From Gekko japonicus (Eukaryota), in contig NW_015160330.1 in assembly GCF_001447785.1 (NCBI RefSeq), positions 66,671 through 130,670 on the forward strand: a DNA stretch of 64,000 nt, in the 5' to 3' direction. Below, piece after piece: positions 12,681 to 25,644 of the stretch. How positions within the stretch are numbered: position 1 is the stretch's first letter; each line of letters begins with the position of its first letter. A model generated the notes under the pieces. That model was not told the DNA's origin and did not search any database. It saw nothing but the letters and a program-made list of their open reading frames with translations. A program made the position numbers and the translations under genes.

Positions 12681-14387
12681 CCTTATATATAAACATATAT
12701 ATAAGCCTAAGTCTGAACCCGACAGATTAAATGATGCAAAAATTACATAGCAGGATCCTAGTTTCAGTAAGCTAAACACAGTAGTGCAGGCCACAGTCCC
12801 TAATAGAGTCCTCTAAGTAGCGTAATACTTTGCAACCCAATTGCCTGCACAGAAAAGCTCCCTTGCATGATTCTGCTTTCTGTAATTTGCAGGCAGCCAT
12901 GCAAGTGGGAGCTTCCCTGACCTCCTCGGGCAGGCCATTCCAGAGTATCCCACAACATGCCTGGCCTTGCTGTGGAAGGAGTCTTACCTCTCCACGCGCC
13001 ACACGCACGAGGACACTGTTTCTGGTCAACTCTGCCCTGGAGCCAGTGCAGGTGAGACAAGGAAGGCATCCACAAGGGACTTCTTCACAAACAGGAAAGA
13101 CCTTAGAAGGCCATCCATTCGAGGGCCTTTCCCTGGTCACTTCTGGTGCTGAGGTTCCAAAAGGATTTTCTGGTTTGGAACGGCTTCTCTTTCAGCTGGA
13201 CCTATGCAGTTATTACGGAGATCACGGATGGGAACGGCCGTGTCTCAGTTCTTTGCCTCCCGTCTGCTCTGTGTTGTCTGTGCTTCTGTCTTCAGGTCTT
13301 TGGAGAGGGACTTGCTCTGAGCCATAGGTCAGCCAGTGGCTATTAGCTATTATTGGGGAAGGCCTTGGCCACAGTGTGAGACGGGAGGCTGGACTAGAGG
13401 GACCCTCACGAGTCTGATCCGCCGCCTTCTTGAAGCACCTGAGGCTTGCCTCTGCTAATAGTACTGGCTGAGAGTATTTATAGAGGGGAGCAGGGCCCAG
13501 GAGATGAGGCAGGAAACTGACTGTGGTGGGAACAACGAATTAGCTGTTGGTCCCCTGAGCCCCTCCCTGGAGGTCTTCTTCTGAGCAGGTTCCGCTCCAC
13601 TGGCGGCTGTGTCAAGCTGTGGTAAATTCTTACTGATAAACTGTTGCCTGGTGCTCCAACCAGCCCTGGTCCACTGGTGGCATGTGGAGATGACCAGGTG
13701 GTCGACAGGGTTGCTGGGGAGCATGCATGTCCCTCCCGCAGAGCCTGAAAGGCCCCTGAATGAATGAGGAGCCAGGGATGATGAAATAGTCGGGCAGATG
13801 GCGTGCAAGTGGAGGAAATGTGAACGCGGATGTGACCAGACATGGGCAGGATCTCATTATGGTGCCTACTCTGTGGTGCTTATGGTGCAAAGCAAGCTCA
13901 CTTCACCCCCATTGCCAGGGCTGGCTCAGCCACTAAAGCAAACCTACAGTTTTTGAGGGGTGCCCAGAAGGGGAGAGGAATGTCCTCTATCAGCCTTAAC
14001 TAGAACCTCCGTATCTGCTATCTCCGTTCTTCTGTAGTTGCCGTAATGTAAGATGGAGGGTTTCTGAAAAGCATGCCTATTTTTTACATTGTTATTTTAT
14101 TTATTTATTTATTATTTATTTGATTTTTTATCCCGCCCTCTAACCGAAGCGGCTCGCGATGGGCACAGACTGAACCAAGAAGCAAAATTCCCCACAATTT
14201 CGCCCTGTTCGTGGTTTCCAAACGGAAGTTCATGGTGGATCTGCTGTTACGAACTTCCACGAAGTTTTAGATCAGTTTGTGCAGTTCATGGTGGTTCATG
14301 ATTGGAACAGAAAGCAGCGGTTTGAAGGGATTCTGAGTCTCTTTATCCTCCTGCTTTCTGTTCTCTGCAAAAGCTGCAAAAACAGCC

Positions 14388-15220
14388 TTTATCCGTTCTA
14401 ATCCGACCGCTCATCAATTTCATGGAGTGCCTACGAGTTCTTGTATTGTGAGAAAGGGAGAAAAGCACCTCTTTCTCTACCTGCTCTATCCCATGCATAA
14501 TCTTATAAAGTCTCGACATTTTCAGTGAGTTATCTACTACAACTCCAAGATCTCTCTCTTGATCTGTCTCTGCCAGTTCAGACCCCATCAATGTGTATTT
14601 ATATTTAGGATTTTTGGCTCCAATGTGCATCACCTTGCACTTGGCCACATTGAACCCCATTTGCCATGTTGATGCCCACTTGCCCATCCTTGACAGATCC
14701 CTTTGGAGTGCCTCACAATCCTCCCTGGTTTTCACCACCCTGAACAACTTCGTATCATCCGCAAATTTAGCCACCTCACTGCTTCCTCCCAATTCCAAAT
14801 CGTTAATGAACAAGTTAAAAAGCAGTGGACCAAGTACTGATCATTGTGGTACCCCACTGCTTACCACCCTCCACTGAGAGAACTGCCCATTTATACTCTA
14901 TGTTTTCTATTAATTAGCCAGTTTTTGATCCATAAAAAGACTTGTTCTTTTATCCCATGATTTTTGAGCTTACTTAGGAGCCTTTGATGAGGAATTTTAT
15001 CAAAAGCTTTCTGGAAGTCAAGGTAAACAATATCTATTGGATCCCCCTTGTCCACATGTTTGTTCACCCCCTCAAAGAACACTAACAGGTTAGTGAGACA
15101 AGATCTTCCCTTACAGAACCCATGCTGAGTCTGCCTCAATAGGTTTTGTTCATCTATGTGCCTACTAATTCTTTCCTTAATAATGGTTTCCACCAATTTA
15201 CACGGTTTCGACGTCAGCCT
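14388..15220 (-). mobile_element. CR1 ORF2 fragment with internal deletion (same family as 55729-57352)
   Basis: YLDFQKAFD and FADDTKL, near-identical to 56090-57220 apart from a deletion at ~14510. Confidence 0.9.
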
Positions 15221-15224
15221 ATCT

Positions 15225-15712
15225 GAGACAGTTTGGTGTAGTGATTAGGAGCGCGGACTCTAATCTGCGGGAAACTGGTTCGATTCCCCAATCCTCCACA
15301 TGCAGCTGCTGGTGTGAGTCAGTCATGGTTCTTGGAGCTGTTCTCTCAGGAGCAGTTCTCGAGAGGGCTCTCTCAGCCCCACCCACCTCACAGGCAGTGT
15401 TCCCTCTAAGCTGAGTTAGTGTGAGCTAGCTCACAGTTTTTTAGCCTCCAGCTCACACATTTTTGTCTCCACTTGGGAAGGAGAGCTCCAGAACAAACTG
15501 ATTTAGGCAGTAGCCAGATTGCTCACTGACAACTTTGATGCCAGCTGCTCACAAAGTAGATTTTTTGATCAGAAGACTCCACAACTTAGAGGGAGCATTG
15601 CTCACGGGGTGTCTGCTGTGGGGAGGGGGAGGGAAAGGAGATTGTGAGCCACTTTGAGACTCCTTCCGGTAGTGAAGGGTGGGGCATAAATCCAACCTCC
15701 TCCTCCTCCTTC
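15225..15712 (+). mobile_element. tRNA-headed SINE (Squam3-like) containing a nested MITE
   Basis: Head cagtttggtgtagtg...ggttcgattcccc (A/B boxes) and tail gagactcc...ggggcataaatccaa(cct)n. Confidence 0.7.
15395..15600. mobile_element. hAT-type MITE, family B, TSD ctcacagg/ctcacggg
   Basis: TIRs CAGTGTTCCCTCTAAG / CTTAGAGGGAGCATTG, 8-bp TSD with one mismatch. Confidence 0.8.
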
Positions 15713-15945
15713 ATTATCTATCATCTGTCATGGTGGAAAGTATCATCAAGCCGCATCCATCTTATGGCAACCTTGTAGGCTTTTTCAAGGCTAGAGACAA
15801 TCAGAGGATGTTCACCATTGCCTACCTCTGCGTAGCAACCCTGGGCTTCTTTGGTGGACTCCCATCCAAATACACACACGCACACGAACACACACATATA
15901 TAAAACATGTACATGTGAAGAGTGCCTTTCCTCCACACAATATCT

Positions 15946-16550
15946 TAAGAACATAAGAGACGCCAATGTTGGATCAGGCCCATCCAGTCCAACACTCTGT
16001 ATCACACAGTGGCCAGAAATCCCAGGTGCCAACAGGAGGTCCACCAGTGGGGCCAGGACATTAGAAGCCCTCCCACTGTTGCCCCCCCCTCAAGCACCAA
16101 GAAGACAGAGCATCACTTGCCCCAGAGTTCCTATTTATACCTTGTGGCTAATAGCCACTGATGGACCTCTGCTCCATATACTTATCTAATTCCCTCCTAT
16201 AAGAACATAAGACAGAAGCCATTGTTGGATCAGGCCAAAGGCCCATCCAGTCTAACACTCTGTATCCCACAGTGGCCAGAAATACCAGTGCCATCAGGAG
16301 GTCCACCAGTGGGGCCAGGACATTAGAAGCCCTCCCACTGTTGACCCCCCCCCCCAAGACCAAGAAGACAGAGCATCACTTGCCCCAGAGCCCCTATCTA
16401 TACCTTGTGGCTAATAGCCACTGATGGACCTCTGCTCCATATGCTTATAGAATTCCCTCTTGAAGCCGTCCATGCTTGTAGCCGCCACCACCTCCTGTGG
16501 CAGTGAATTCCAAGTGTTCATCACTCTCTGGGTGAAGAAGGACTTCCTTT
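15946..16550 (-). mobile_element. Two tandem CR1 3' ends
   Basis: The aagaacataagagacg... tail occurs twice (15946 and 16200) and matches 55745-56090. Confidence 0.85.
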
Positions 16551-16993
16551 CACAAGAGTTCTTCACAAGAGTATGGAATTGTCAGAGAAAGTCCGCACCC
16601 AAGTGGACACAGCCTCCTAGGGTTTCCTTCTCCCCGAAACCGCACCATGGTTGACCTGAGGCCTTGGCTCAGGGGCGGAGCACCTGCGTGGCATGTGGAA
16701 GTTTCTAGAGTTGATCCCTGGCTGGGATCTCTGGTGAAAGGATCCCGGGCAGCAGTCTAGGAGAAGACTGAAGGAGGTGAAGTTATGCCTGATGGCCCCC
16801 TGGTCTGCTTCAGGAGCTGCTCCCTGTGACTCTGGTGGAGGGTCCGTGGAACAGCTGCCTGCTGTGGAAGAACGGTCTTGCCCCGTGTATGTTCTGCTTG
16901 CGTGTCCGTGAATAAGGAACATATTGCAAAGACCCTCAAGTGTCTCCAGTGCTATCTCCTCCAAAGAGAATCACGCTCTGCCCCGCTGCCCAG

Positions 16994-17548
16994 CAATGCT
17001 CCCTCTAAGCTGTGGAGTCTTGTGAGCAAAAACTCTACTTTGTGAGCCACTGGCATTAAAGTTGTGAGTAATGTTCCCTCTAAGCTGAGGAGTCTTGTGA
17101 GCAGAAATTCTACTTCGTGAGCTACTAGAATTAAAGTTGTGAGCGAGGGATTTGGCTACTGCATACATTAGTCCGCTCTGGAGCCCCATCCTTCCTGAGC
17201 TGAGACAAAACTGTGTGAGCCAGAGGCTAAAAAACTGTGAGCTAGCTCACACTCACTCAGCTTAGAGGGAACTTGTGAGCGAGCGATTTGGCTGCTGCAT
17301 AAATTAGTTTGCTCTGGAGCCCCATCCTCCCTGAGCAGAGACAAGTATGTGTGAGCCGGAGGCTAAAAAACTGTGAGCTAGCTCACACTCACTCAGCTTA
17401 GAGGGAACTTGTGAGCGAGCGATTTGGCTGCTGCATAAATTAGTTTGCTCTGGAGCCCCATCCTCCCTGAGCGGAGACAAGTATGTGTGAGCCGGAGGCT
17501 AAAAAACTGTGAGCTAGCTCACACTGACTCAGCTGAGAGGGAACACTG
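16994..17548. mobile_element. hAT-type MITE, family B, with internal ~135-bp triplication, TSD CTGCCCAG
   Basis: TIRs caatgctccctctaagc / gagagggaacactg, with ctgcccag on both flanks. Confidence 0.85.
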
Positions 17549-17984
17549 CTGCCCAGGGAACTTTTCAAAGCTCAGGCAAATGACGAGGGCGTCTGGCAGC
17601 ATTCTGTTTGCTGGATCTACTTTGGGCATTGGAGACTCAGCCTGCTGAATACACCACAAGGAATACCCTTTGGCTACAGCCAGCTGTGTCCCTCCGGTGT
17701 CCTGGCTCCAAGACCCCCTCCTGGGATTTAGAGCAAGAAAGGACAAATATCTCCATCGGCGGCTTCCGTGGCATTGCTGGGCAGAACACCTTCCTTCTGC
17801 ACAAACAGAAGCACACGGAACACAGGCTTGGTGAGTCTTTTGCATTCAGCACGGAGGTTATTTCCCTACGGCTGCTGCCGCCATTGATGAATACAGATTT
17901 TACCCAGGACAAAACCAGCGTGGAAGAAAACAGAGAATGTGGAATTAGACCAAACAAGCACAATTGGGAAGAAGGCATAATGAA

Positions 17985-18507
17985 AGGAGATAATGTGCAA
18001 ATCAATAGACAGAAGTGCAAAGTCCTACACTTAGGTACAAAAAATCAAAGGCACAGATATAGAAGGGGAGGGACTTGGCTTGACAGCAGCACATGTGAAA
18101 GGGATCTGGGTGTTCTGGTTGATCACAAGCTAAACATGAGCCAGCAGTGCACGATGTGGCTATGAAGAAAGCGAATGCAGTCTTAGGGTGCATTCACAGA
18201 AGCCTTGTGTCCAGATCACGGGAGGTGGTAGTTCCACTCTATCCTGCTCTGGTCAGGCCTCACCTGGAGTCCTGTGTCCAGTTTGGGGCACCACATTTTA
18301 GGAAGGATGTTGACAAGCTCAAGCGTGTCCAGAAGAGGGCAACCAGGATGGTGAGAGGGTTGGAATCCAAGTCTTACGAGGAAAGGCTGAAAGAGTTGGG
18401 TATGTTCAGCCTGGGGAAGAGAAGGCTTAGAGGGGACATGATTGCAGTCTTCAAGTATTTGAAGGGCTGTCATGTAGAAGATGGAGCAGATCTATTCTCT
18501 CTGCTCC
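17985..18507 (+). mobile_element. CR1 ORF2 fragment ending at the junction with the OR52-like ORF
   Basis: KCKVLHLG...[10 protein letters not shown]...[26 protein letters not shown], then OR sequence. Confidence 0.9.
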
Positions 18508-19356
18508 ATGTTCCTCCTGGCCCTGCTGGGGAACGGCCTCCTCCTCTTCGTCATCGTCAAGGAGCGCAGCCTCCACCGGCCCATGTTCTTCTTCCTGGCC
18601 ATGCTGGCGTCTTCCGACCTCGTGCTCTGCACCACCACCATGCCCAAAACCCTCGGCATCTTCTGGTTCCGAGCCAAGGAGATTGCCTTTGAGGCCTGCG
18701 TCACGCAGATGTTCATCATCCACTTCCTCTTTGTAGCCGAGTCGGCCGTCTTGCTGGCCATGGCGTACGACCGGTACGTCGCCATCTGCAACCCGCTGCA
18801 GTACAGCACTGTGCTGACACACTCGCGGGTAGCGAAGATTGCCGTGGCGGCAGCGGTCAGGGCTTTCTGCCTGATGGCCTCTCTGACCTTCCTCCTGCTG
18901 AGGCTGCCCTTCTGCGGCCCCAACGTCATTTCCCACACGTTTTGCGAGCACATGGGGATCGCCCGGCTGGCCTGTGCAGACATCACGCTCAACATTTGGT
19001 ATGGCCTGACGGTGGCTCTCCTAACCACGGGCGCAGACACCGTCTTCATTGCTGTCTCCTACGTGCTGATCCTGCGTGCTGTCTTCCGGCTCCCGTCCAG
19101 AGATGCCCGGGCCAAAGCCCTCGGCACCTGCGGCTCTCACATCTGCGTCATTCTAATGTTTTACGTCCCGGCCTTTTTCTCAATCTTCGCCTACAGGTTT
19201 GCCGTGAACAGCATCCCTCGCCCGGTTCACATCCTGCTGGCCAACCTCTTTGCCATTGTGCCCCCCATGTTGAACCCCATCGTCTACGGGGTGAAAACCA
19301 AGCAGATCCGGGATCGTGTGGCTTTAGTGTTTTTGCAGGCTAGGAAACAGCGCTGA
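18481..19356 (+). pseudogene. OR52-like olfactory receptor, 5'-truncated and fused in frame to CR1 sequence (291-aa ORF)
   Basis: Motifs [46 protein letters not shown]. The first ~7 codons (MEQIYSL) are CR1 DNA identical to 20501-20521, and the ~30-aa N-terminus with the glycosylation site is absent. Confidence 0.85.
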
Positions 19357-19819
19357 TCGCTCTCCATGCGGGTGGAGGCTGCAGTCCAATTTACTCCACA
19401 GAAGCCCCATGATGACTCTTCCAGAGCAAGAGGGAAACTTGCTTCTTTGCTTACTTCATTTTCTCCAGGGGGGTGGATCTCTGTAGTACAGATATCAGTT
19501 GTAGTTCTAGGAGATCTCCAGCCCCCCACCCCACCCCGGAGGTTGGTGGACCCCTGCACACTTTGTCTGCAGTCTTCTCACAAGAGTCTGTACTAATAGT
19601 GTTTCCTGATACTCTTCAAGGGCCGCCCCACATGGAAGGCATTGCAGTAATCTAGACTTGGTGTTACCAGGGCATGCGTGTACTGTAGTTGGGTGGTGAA
19701 CACACAAAAAAGGAAAAATCCTCCAAAAATGCTCAAAGACATGAAATATCATGCTTACAAATTATTTACAGAATCAGCAATAACAAACATACAAAACAAT
19801 CTCAATAAAGATCTTGAAA

Positions 19820-20806
19820 TGCATACGTGGAGGGAAGTCTCGAGTGGAGTGCTGCAGGGTCCTGGGCCCGGTGTTGTTTGATGTTTTTATAAATGACCTG
19901 GAGGAAGACATAATAGAGGGGATGCTTATCAGATCTGCGGATGACACGAAGCTGGGTGGGATTGCTAATTCTGAAGAAGACAGAGTCAGGATTCAAAATG
20001 ATCTAGATAGGCTGGAACAGTGGGCAGAGACCAATAAAATGTCCTACACTTAGGTACAAAAAAACCAAAGGCACTGATATAGAATGGGAGGGACTTGGCT
20101 TGACAGCAGCACCTGTGAAAAGGATCTGGGTGTTCTGGCTGATCACAAGCTAAACATGAGCCAGCAGTGCACAATGTGGCTGTGAAGAAAGCAAATGCAA
20201 TCTTAGGATGCATTAACAGAAGCATCGTGTCCAGACCACGGGAGGTGGTCGTTTCGCTCTATTCTGCTCTGATCAGGCCTCACCTGGAGTACCGTGTCCA
20301 GTTTTGGGCACCACATTTTAGGAAGGATGTTGACAAGCTCAAGCGTGTCCAGAAGAGGGCAACCAGGATGGTGAGAGGGTTGGAATCCAAGTCTTAGGAG
20401 GAAAGGCTGAAAGAATTGGGCATGTTTAGCCTGGGAAAGAGAAGGCTTAGAGGGGACATGACTGCAGTCTTCAAGTATCTGAAGGGCTGCCATGTAGAAG
20501 ATGGAGCAGATCTATTCTCTCTTGCTCCGGATTGCAAGACTAGATCTGATGGGTGGAAATGACAAGGGAGTCGTTACCGGCTAAATATCAGGAGAGACTT
20601 CCTAACTGTGAGGGTGGTTGAGCAGTGGAACAGTCTGCCTCGGGAGGTGGTGGAGGCTCCTTCACTGGACGTTTCCAAGCGGAGGCTGGACGACCCTCTT
20701 TTGGGTATGTTGTAGGTATGTAGGTCCATCTTTTGGCTGTGCTCCTGCAGAGTGCAAGGGGTTGGACTAGATGACCTGCGAGGTCCCTTCCAACACTAAC
20801 ATTCTA
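19820..20806 (+). mobile_element. 5'-truncated CR1 with 3' end
   Basis: GPVLFDVFINDL, SADDTKLGG, and the 3' ggtcccttccaac...attcta. Confidence 0.9.
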
Positions 20807-21689
20807 ACCGTTGCCACTCTTAACAGTGACTATGTTAATGCCTCTGTAGCTCTGCAATAAAGTATAACCTTTCTGATAAGCGTGTACTCCGTTGTTGGCT
20901 GTGGAACCTGACAGGCAGTTCCTGGAGGGAGACTGAAGGGCACCATTTGCGGCGGGGCCTCAGCAGGGCACAGGCTATACACCCTCCAAAGCAGCCCTTT
21001 CCTCCGGGGGGAACCGATCTCTGGAGGTCAGTGGTAAGGCCGGGAAACCTCTAGGCCCCACCTGGGGGCTGGCAACGTACTGTAGTCCGTACGGCTAAAG
21101 GGAGATGCTGGGGGCGTCAAGGCCAGGCTGAGGTTGCCAGGGAGATTTGGGGACGTCCCAGGTTGCGGGGGAGCGAGGAGGAAGCTGCTCAGCGGAGCCC
21201 AGCGAGCGCCTGTTAATCTTTAATGGGCCTGGCCAAGTGGGCCCCGTCAAGCAGCCCTCTGTCGGCCTTCCCAGCCGGGACACCTTACGATCGGGAACGC
21301 CAGCTGCGCCTGCCGCCTGGGGCCCAGCGATCTCACCCCATCCTCCTCGCCAGGGCTGGAGCTTCCCGCTTCTCTTCCTTCCCCGCTTCAGGACCAGCTG
21401 GGTGAGTCAGCCAGAAAAGAGGGCAGGGAAGGGTCTCTTCTTCAAATTTTGAGTCCCCCTCTCCTCACTGGAAAACCACCTCTGTTCTTCTCTTGATGTG
21501 GAAATGCTACCGGGAAGGGGGGGGGGCTTTGCCCGAAGTCAGCTTTGACTTGATGGCACTTTCTGGCTGCCCCCACGCCCCCCCTCCAAGCTGGGTCTCT
21601 TAAATGGCTCTCCTGGAACTATGGAAACCTGCACTGCAGAATTAAGTGGCTTTAGAGCCGGTGGGGGGGGGTTTGTTACAGGTGGGAGA

Positions 21690-22170
21690 GTCATACAGTC
21701 ACAGAGTTGGGTCCTCCAGGCCTTCTACTCCAGCCCCCTGCTAAATGCAGGATCAGGCTCGAGCATCCCTGGTGCGTGTTTGTCCAGCCGTTGCTTGAAG
21801 ACTGCCAAGGAGGGGGAGCTCATTACCACCTCCCCGGGCAGCTGATTCCACTATGGCACAACTCTTATTGTCAAAAAGTGTTTCCTCATATCCAGCCGGC
21901 ACCTTCCCGCCCTTAATTTCAACACCTTCTTGCCAGTCCTCTCCTCTGCTGCCGACAGGAGCAGCTCCCTGCCCTCCTCCTCTAAGGGACACGGCCCTTC
22001 AAAGACTCCGAGAGAGCCATCCTGTCCCCCCCCTCAGCCTCCTCTTCTCCATACTGAACCTTCCCAGGTCCCTCCGCCTTTCCTCGCAGGGCTTCTTGGT
22101 CTCCAGGCCCCTGATCATCCTCCTCGCTCTCCTCTGCACACGCTCCATTCTGCCCACATCCTTTTGGAAG
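21690..22170 (-). mobile_element. Degraded CR1 3' region
   Basis: [16 protein letters not shown]...[10 protein letters not shown] on the minus strand. Confidence 0.7.
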
Positions 22171-22218
22171 GGAGCCTTCGTCATAATTTGTTTTGCCCTG
22201 GTGTGAATGGGTTGCAGG

Positions 22219-22424
22219 CAATGCCGCCTCTAAGCTGCGGAGCCTTGTGAGCAAAAATTCTACTTTGCGAGCTGCTGGCATTAAAGTTGTGAGCGAGCAA
22301 TCTGGCTGCTGCATGAATCAATTTGCTCTGGAGCCCTCCTTCCTGAGCCAAGACAAAAAGGTGTGAGACAGAGGCTAAGAAGCTGTGAGCTAGCTCGCAC
22401 TAACTCGCCTTAGAGGGAACCCTG
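22219..22424. mobile_element. hAT-type MITE, family B, TSD GTTGCAGG
   Basis: Family-B TIRs with gttgcagg on both flanks. Confidence 0.85.
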
Positions 22425-22744
22425 GTTGCAGGGAGGGCTGCGACATGCAGGGGACAAGCACATGCCCCAAAGCCCCCAGCCACCTTTTGTGTGTGTTTGG
22501 TTCCCTGGTCCGACTGGGGTTTTACCCAGAGGAGTGATGGGTTGTGCGTTGCGCTCTTCTGTTCAGCTCTTGGATGCAGCCCATTTTGGAGCCTCCCTCT
22601 GGCCGGATCATTTTCTTCAGACCTTGGTCTTGTGACATTGGCGTGAAGAGATGGAGCTGGGGAAGATTCTTCTTGTCATGGAGGTGGGGCAGTGGGAAAA
22701 GCTTTGCCTGCTTGCCAGGCTGCGTGTGTGTGTGTGGGGGGGTG

Positions 22745-23985
22745 TAACGTGACATCAAGCCACAGGAGACTTATGGCAACCCCAGGAAGGGGCTTCCAAA
22801 GCAAGTGAGAAGCAGAGGTGGTTGGCCATGGCCTTCCTCTGCAGAGCCTTTCTTGGTGGTCTCCCTTCCAAGTACCAACCCTGCTTAGCTCCCAACTTAT
22901 GGTGACCCCAGCAAGGGGATTCCGAGGCAAGTGAGAAGCAGAGGTGGTTGACCATGGCCTTCCTCTGCAGAGTCTTCTTTGGTGGTCTCCCTTCTAAGTA
23001 CCGACCCTGCTTAGCTCCCAACTTACGGTGACCACAGCAAGCAGCTTCTAAAGGCAAATGAGAAGCTGAGGTGGTTTGCAATGGCCTTCTTCTACAGAGC
23101 CTTCCTTGGTGGTCTCCCATCCAAGTACCAACCCTGCTTAGCTCCCAACTTACGGTGACCACAGCAAGCGGCTTCTAAAAGCAAATGAGAAGCTGAGGTG
23201 GTTTGCAATGGCCTTCTTCTACAGAGCCTTCCTTGGTGGTCCCCCTTCCAAGTACCGGCCCTGCTTAGCTCCCAAATTACAGTGACCACAGCAAGGGGCT
23301 TAGAAGGCAAGTGAGAAGCAGAGGTGGTTGGCCATGGCCTTCCTCTGCAGAGCCTTTCTTGGTGGTCTCCCTTCCAAGTACCAACCCTGCTTAGCTCCCA
23401 ACTTACGGTGACCTCAGCCAGGGGCTTCCGAGGCAAGTGTGAAGCAGAGGTGGTTGGCCATGGCCTTCCTCTGCAGAGTCTTCTTTGGTGGTCTCCCTTC
23501 CAAGTACCAACCCTGCTTAGCTCCCAACCTACAGTGACCACAGCAAGGGGCTTCTGAGGCAAGTGAGAAGCAGAGGTGGTTGGCCATGGCCTTCCTCTGC
23601 AGAGTCTTCCTTGGTGGTCTCCCACCCAAGTACCAACGCTGCTTAGCTCCCAACGTATGGTGACCTTAGCAAGGGGCTTCCAAGGCAAGGGAGAAGCAGA
23701 GGTGGTTGGCCATGGCCTTCCTCTGCAGAGTCTTCCTTGGTGGTCTCCCACCCAAGTACCAACCCTGCTTAGCTCCTAACCTCCGGCGACCCCAGCAAGG
23801 GGCTTCCAAGGCAAGGGAGAAGCAGAAGTGGTTGGCCACGGTCTTCCTCTGCAGAGCCTTCCTTGGTGATCTCCCATCCAAGTACCAATGCTGCTTAGCT
23901 CCTAACCTACGGCGACCCTACCAACGGGCTTCCGAGGCAAGTGAGAAGCAGAGGTGGCTGGCCATGGCATTCCTCTGCAGAGTCC
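22745..23985 (-). repeat. Tandem array (10 units, ~126 bp) derived from a 5S rRNA-related SINE
   Basis: The minus-strand unit contains GAGCTAAGCAGGG...TACTTGGA(A/T)GGGAGACC (5S A-box and C-box like) plus an RTE-like tail ggggttgccataag. Confidence 0.75.
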
Positions 23986-24344
23986 TTGGAGTCTTTGGAG
24001 GGGAGGGGAGGCAATTTAAACTGCCTTCCCTTGGCTTGTCCAAGTGTCCCATGGCTATAGGGAGCCCGGGCAAGCCCTCCCCCCTTTAAGGGAAGGGAAG
24101 GCAGTTTAAACTGCCTTCCCTTGGCTTGCCTGGGTGCCCTGTGACTTAGGAGAGCCCGGGCAAGCTGGCCTTTGGACACGTTCCCCCCCCCCCCGGCCTG
24201 CCTGCCTCGGAGTCATCAGGGGGGTCGCTCTCCAGGCCTTCCCTCTGTAGCCACACATGCGGAGGTTTTGGCTGTAGTGGGCATGGCCAACTCTGAACCC
24301 AGCCAGAACTCCGTTCCTGTGTGTTCCTGTGTGTCTCCCCTTTT

Positions 24345-25177
24345 AAGAACATAAGAGATGCCAATGTTGGATCAGGCCAAAGGCCCATCCAGTCCAACAC
24401 TCTGTATCACACAGTGGCCAGAAATACCAGTGGCATCGGGAGGTCCACCAGTGGGGCCAGGACCCTCCCACTGTTGACCCCCCCCAAGCACCAGGAAGAC
24501 ATAACATCACTTGCCCCAGAGCCCCTATCTATACCTTGTGGCTAATAGCCACTGATGGACCTCTGCTCCATATGCTTATCTAATTCCCTCTTGAAGCCGT
24601 CCATGCTTGTAGCCGCCACCACTTCTTTCGGCAGTGAATTCCAAGTGTTAATCACTCTTTGGGTGAAGAAGTACTTCCTTGTATCCGTTCTAACCCGATC
24701 GCTCCGCAGTGTCATGGAGTGCCCACCAGGAGTTCTTGTATTGTGAAAAAGGGAGAAAAGTACCTCTTTCTCTACCTGCTCTATCCCATGCATAATCTTA
24801 TAAACCTCGATCATGTCACCCCTCAGTCGTCTTTTCTCCAAGCTAAAGAGCCCTAAGCGCTTTAACCTTTCCTCATAGGGAAAGTGTTCCAACCCTTTTA
24901 TCATTCGAGTTGCCCTTTTCTGCACTTTTTCCAAAGCTATAATATCCTTTTTAAGGTGTGGTGACCAGAACTGCACACAGTACTCCAAATGAGGTCGCAC
25001 CATTGATTTATAAAGGGGCATTATGATATTGGCTGACCTGTTTTCAATACCCTTCCTAATAATCCCCAGCATAGCATTGGCCTTCTTTATTGCAGTCACA
25101 CCCTGTCTCGACATTTTCAGTGAGTTATCTACTACGACTCCAAGATCTCTCTCTCGATCAGTCTCTGCCAGTTCAGA
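24345..25177 (-). mobile_element. 5'-truncated CR1 (TTCTTATG-tail family)
   Basis: KKANAMLGII...RPHLEYCVQFW...MEQRSISGY, matching 55740-56585. Confidence 0.9.
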
Positions 25178-25644
25178 GTTTTTCTAAGAAGAGAAAACCT
25201 GGAGCACTGTTAGACTCGGGCATCTGGCATCGGGGCGGCTGCCTGATACCTGATGTATTCCACTTATGTTCTGTATCCCTTCTGTATTCTTTATCGCTGC
25301 CCTCGCCTGCCGTTGCATTCCTGGGGGGGGGGAGTGAGTGCATCTAGTGAATTAGGGAGGCTTGCTCAGTAATTTTCCTAAGAGGCCCCAAGACATCTTT
25401 CACACGAGAAAGGTCCTTGAGAAAGACTGTGCCTGACTAGATAGTGGTTGTGTTTCTTTCAGAGCCACTGCAGTAATGCTGACGTTGAGCGCATGGAGTT
25501 TGGGGTTGTAGCTATACCTTGCTTTTCCCACCTTGCAAATCAGTCCTAACGAAGAGTTTGAACCCACAGCATCTCATATCTTCTAAATAAAGCATTCACT
25601 GCAGATGTGTGCGTGGAGATTGATTTTACTGGGAACCTGACAAG

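Noticed and set aside
22745-23985. CRISPR-like or true 5S rDNA array
   Set aside because: No unique spacers, eukaryotic context, and units contain only a deleted part of 5S joined to a retroposon tail.
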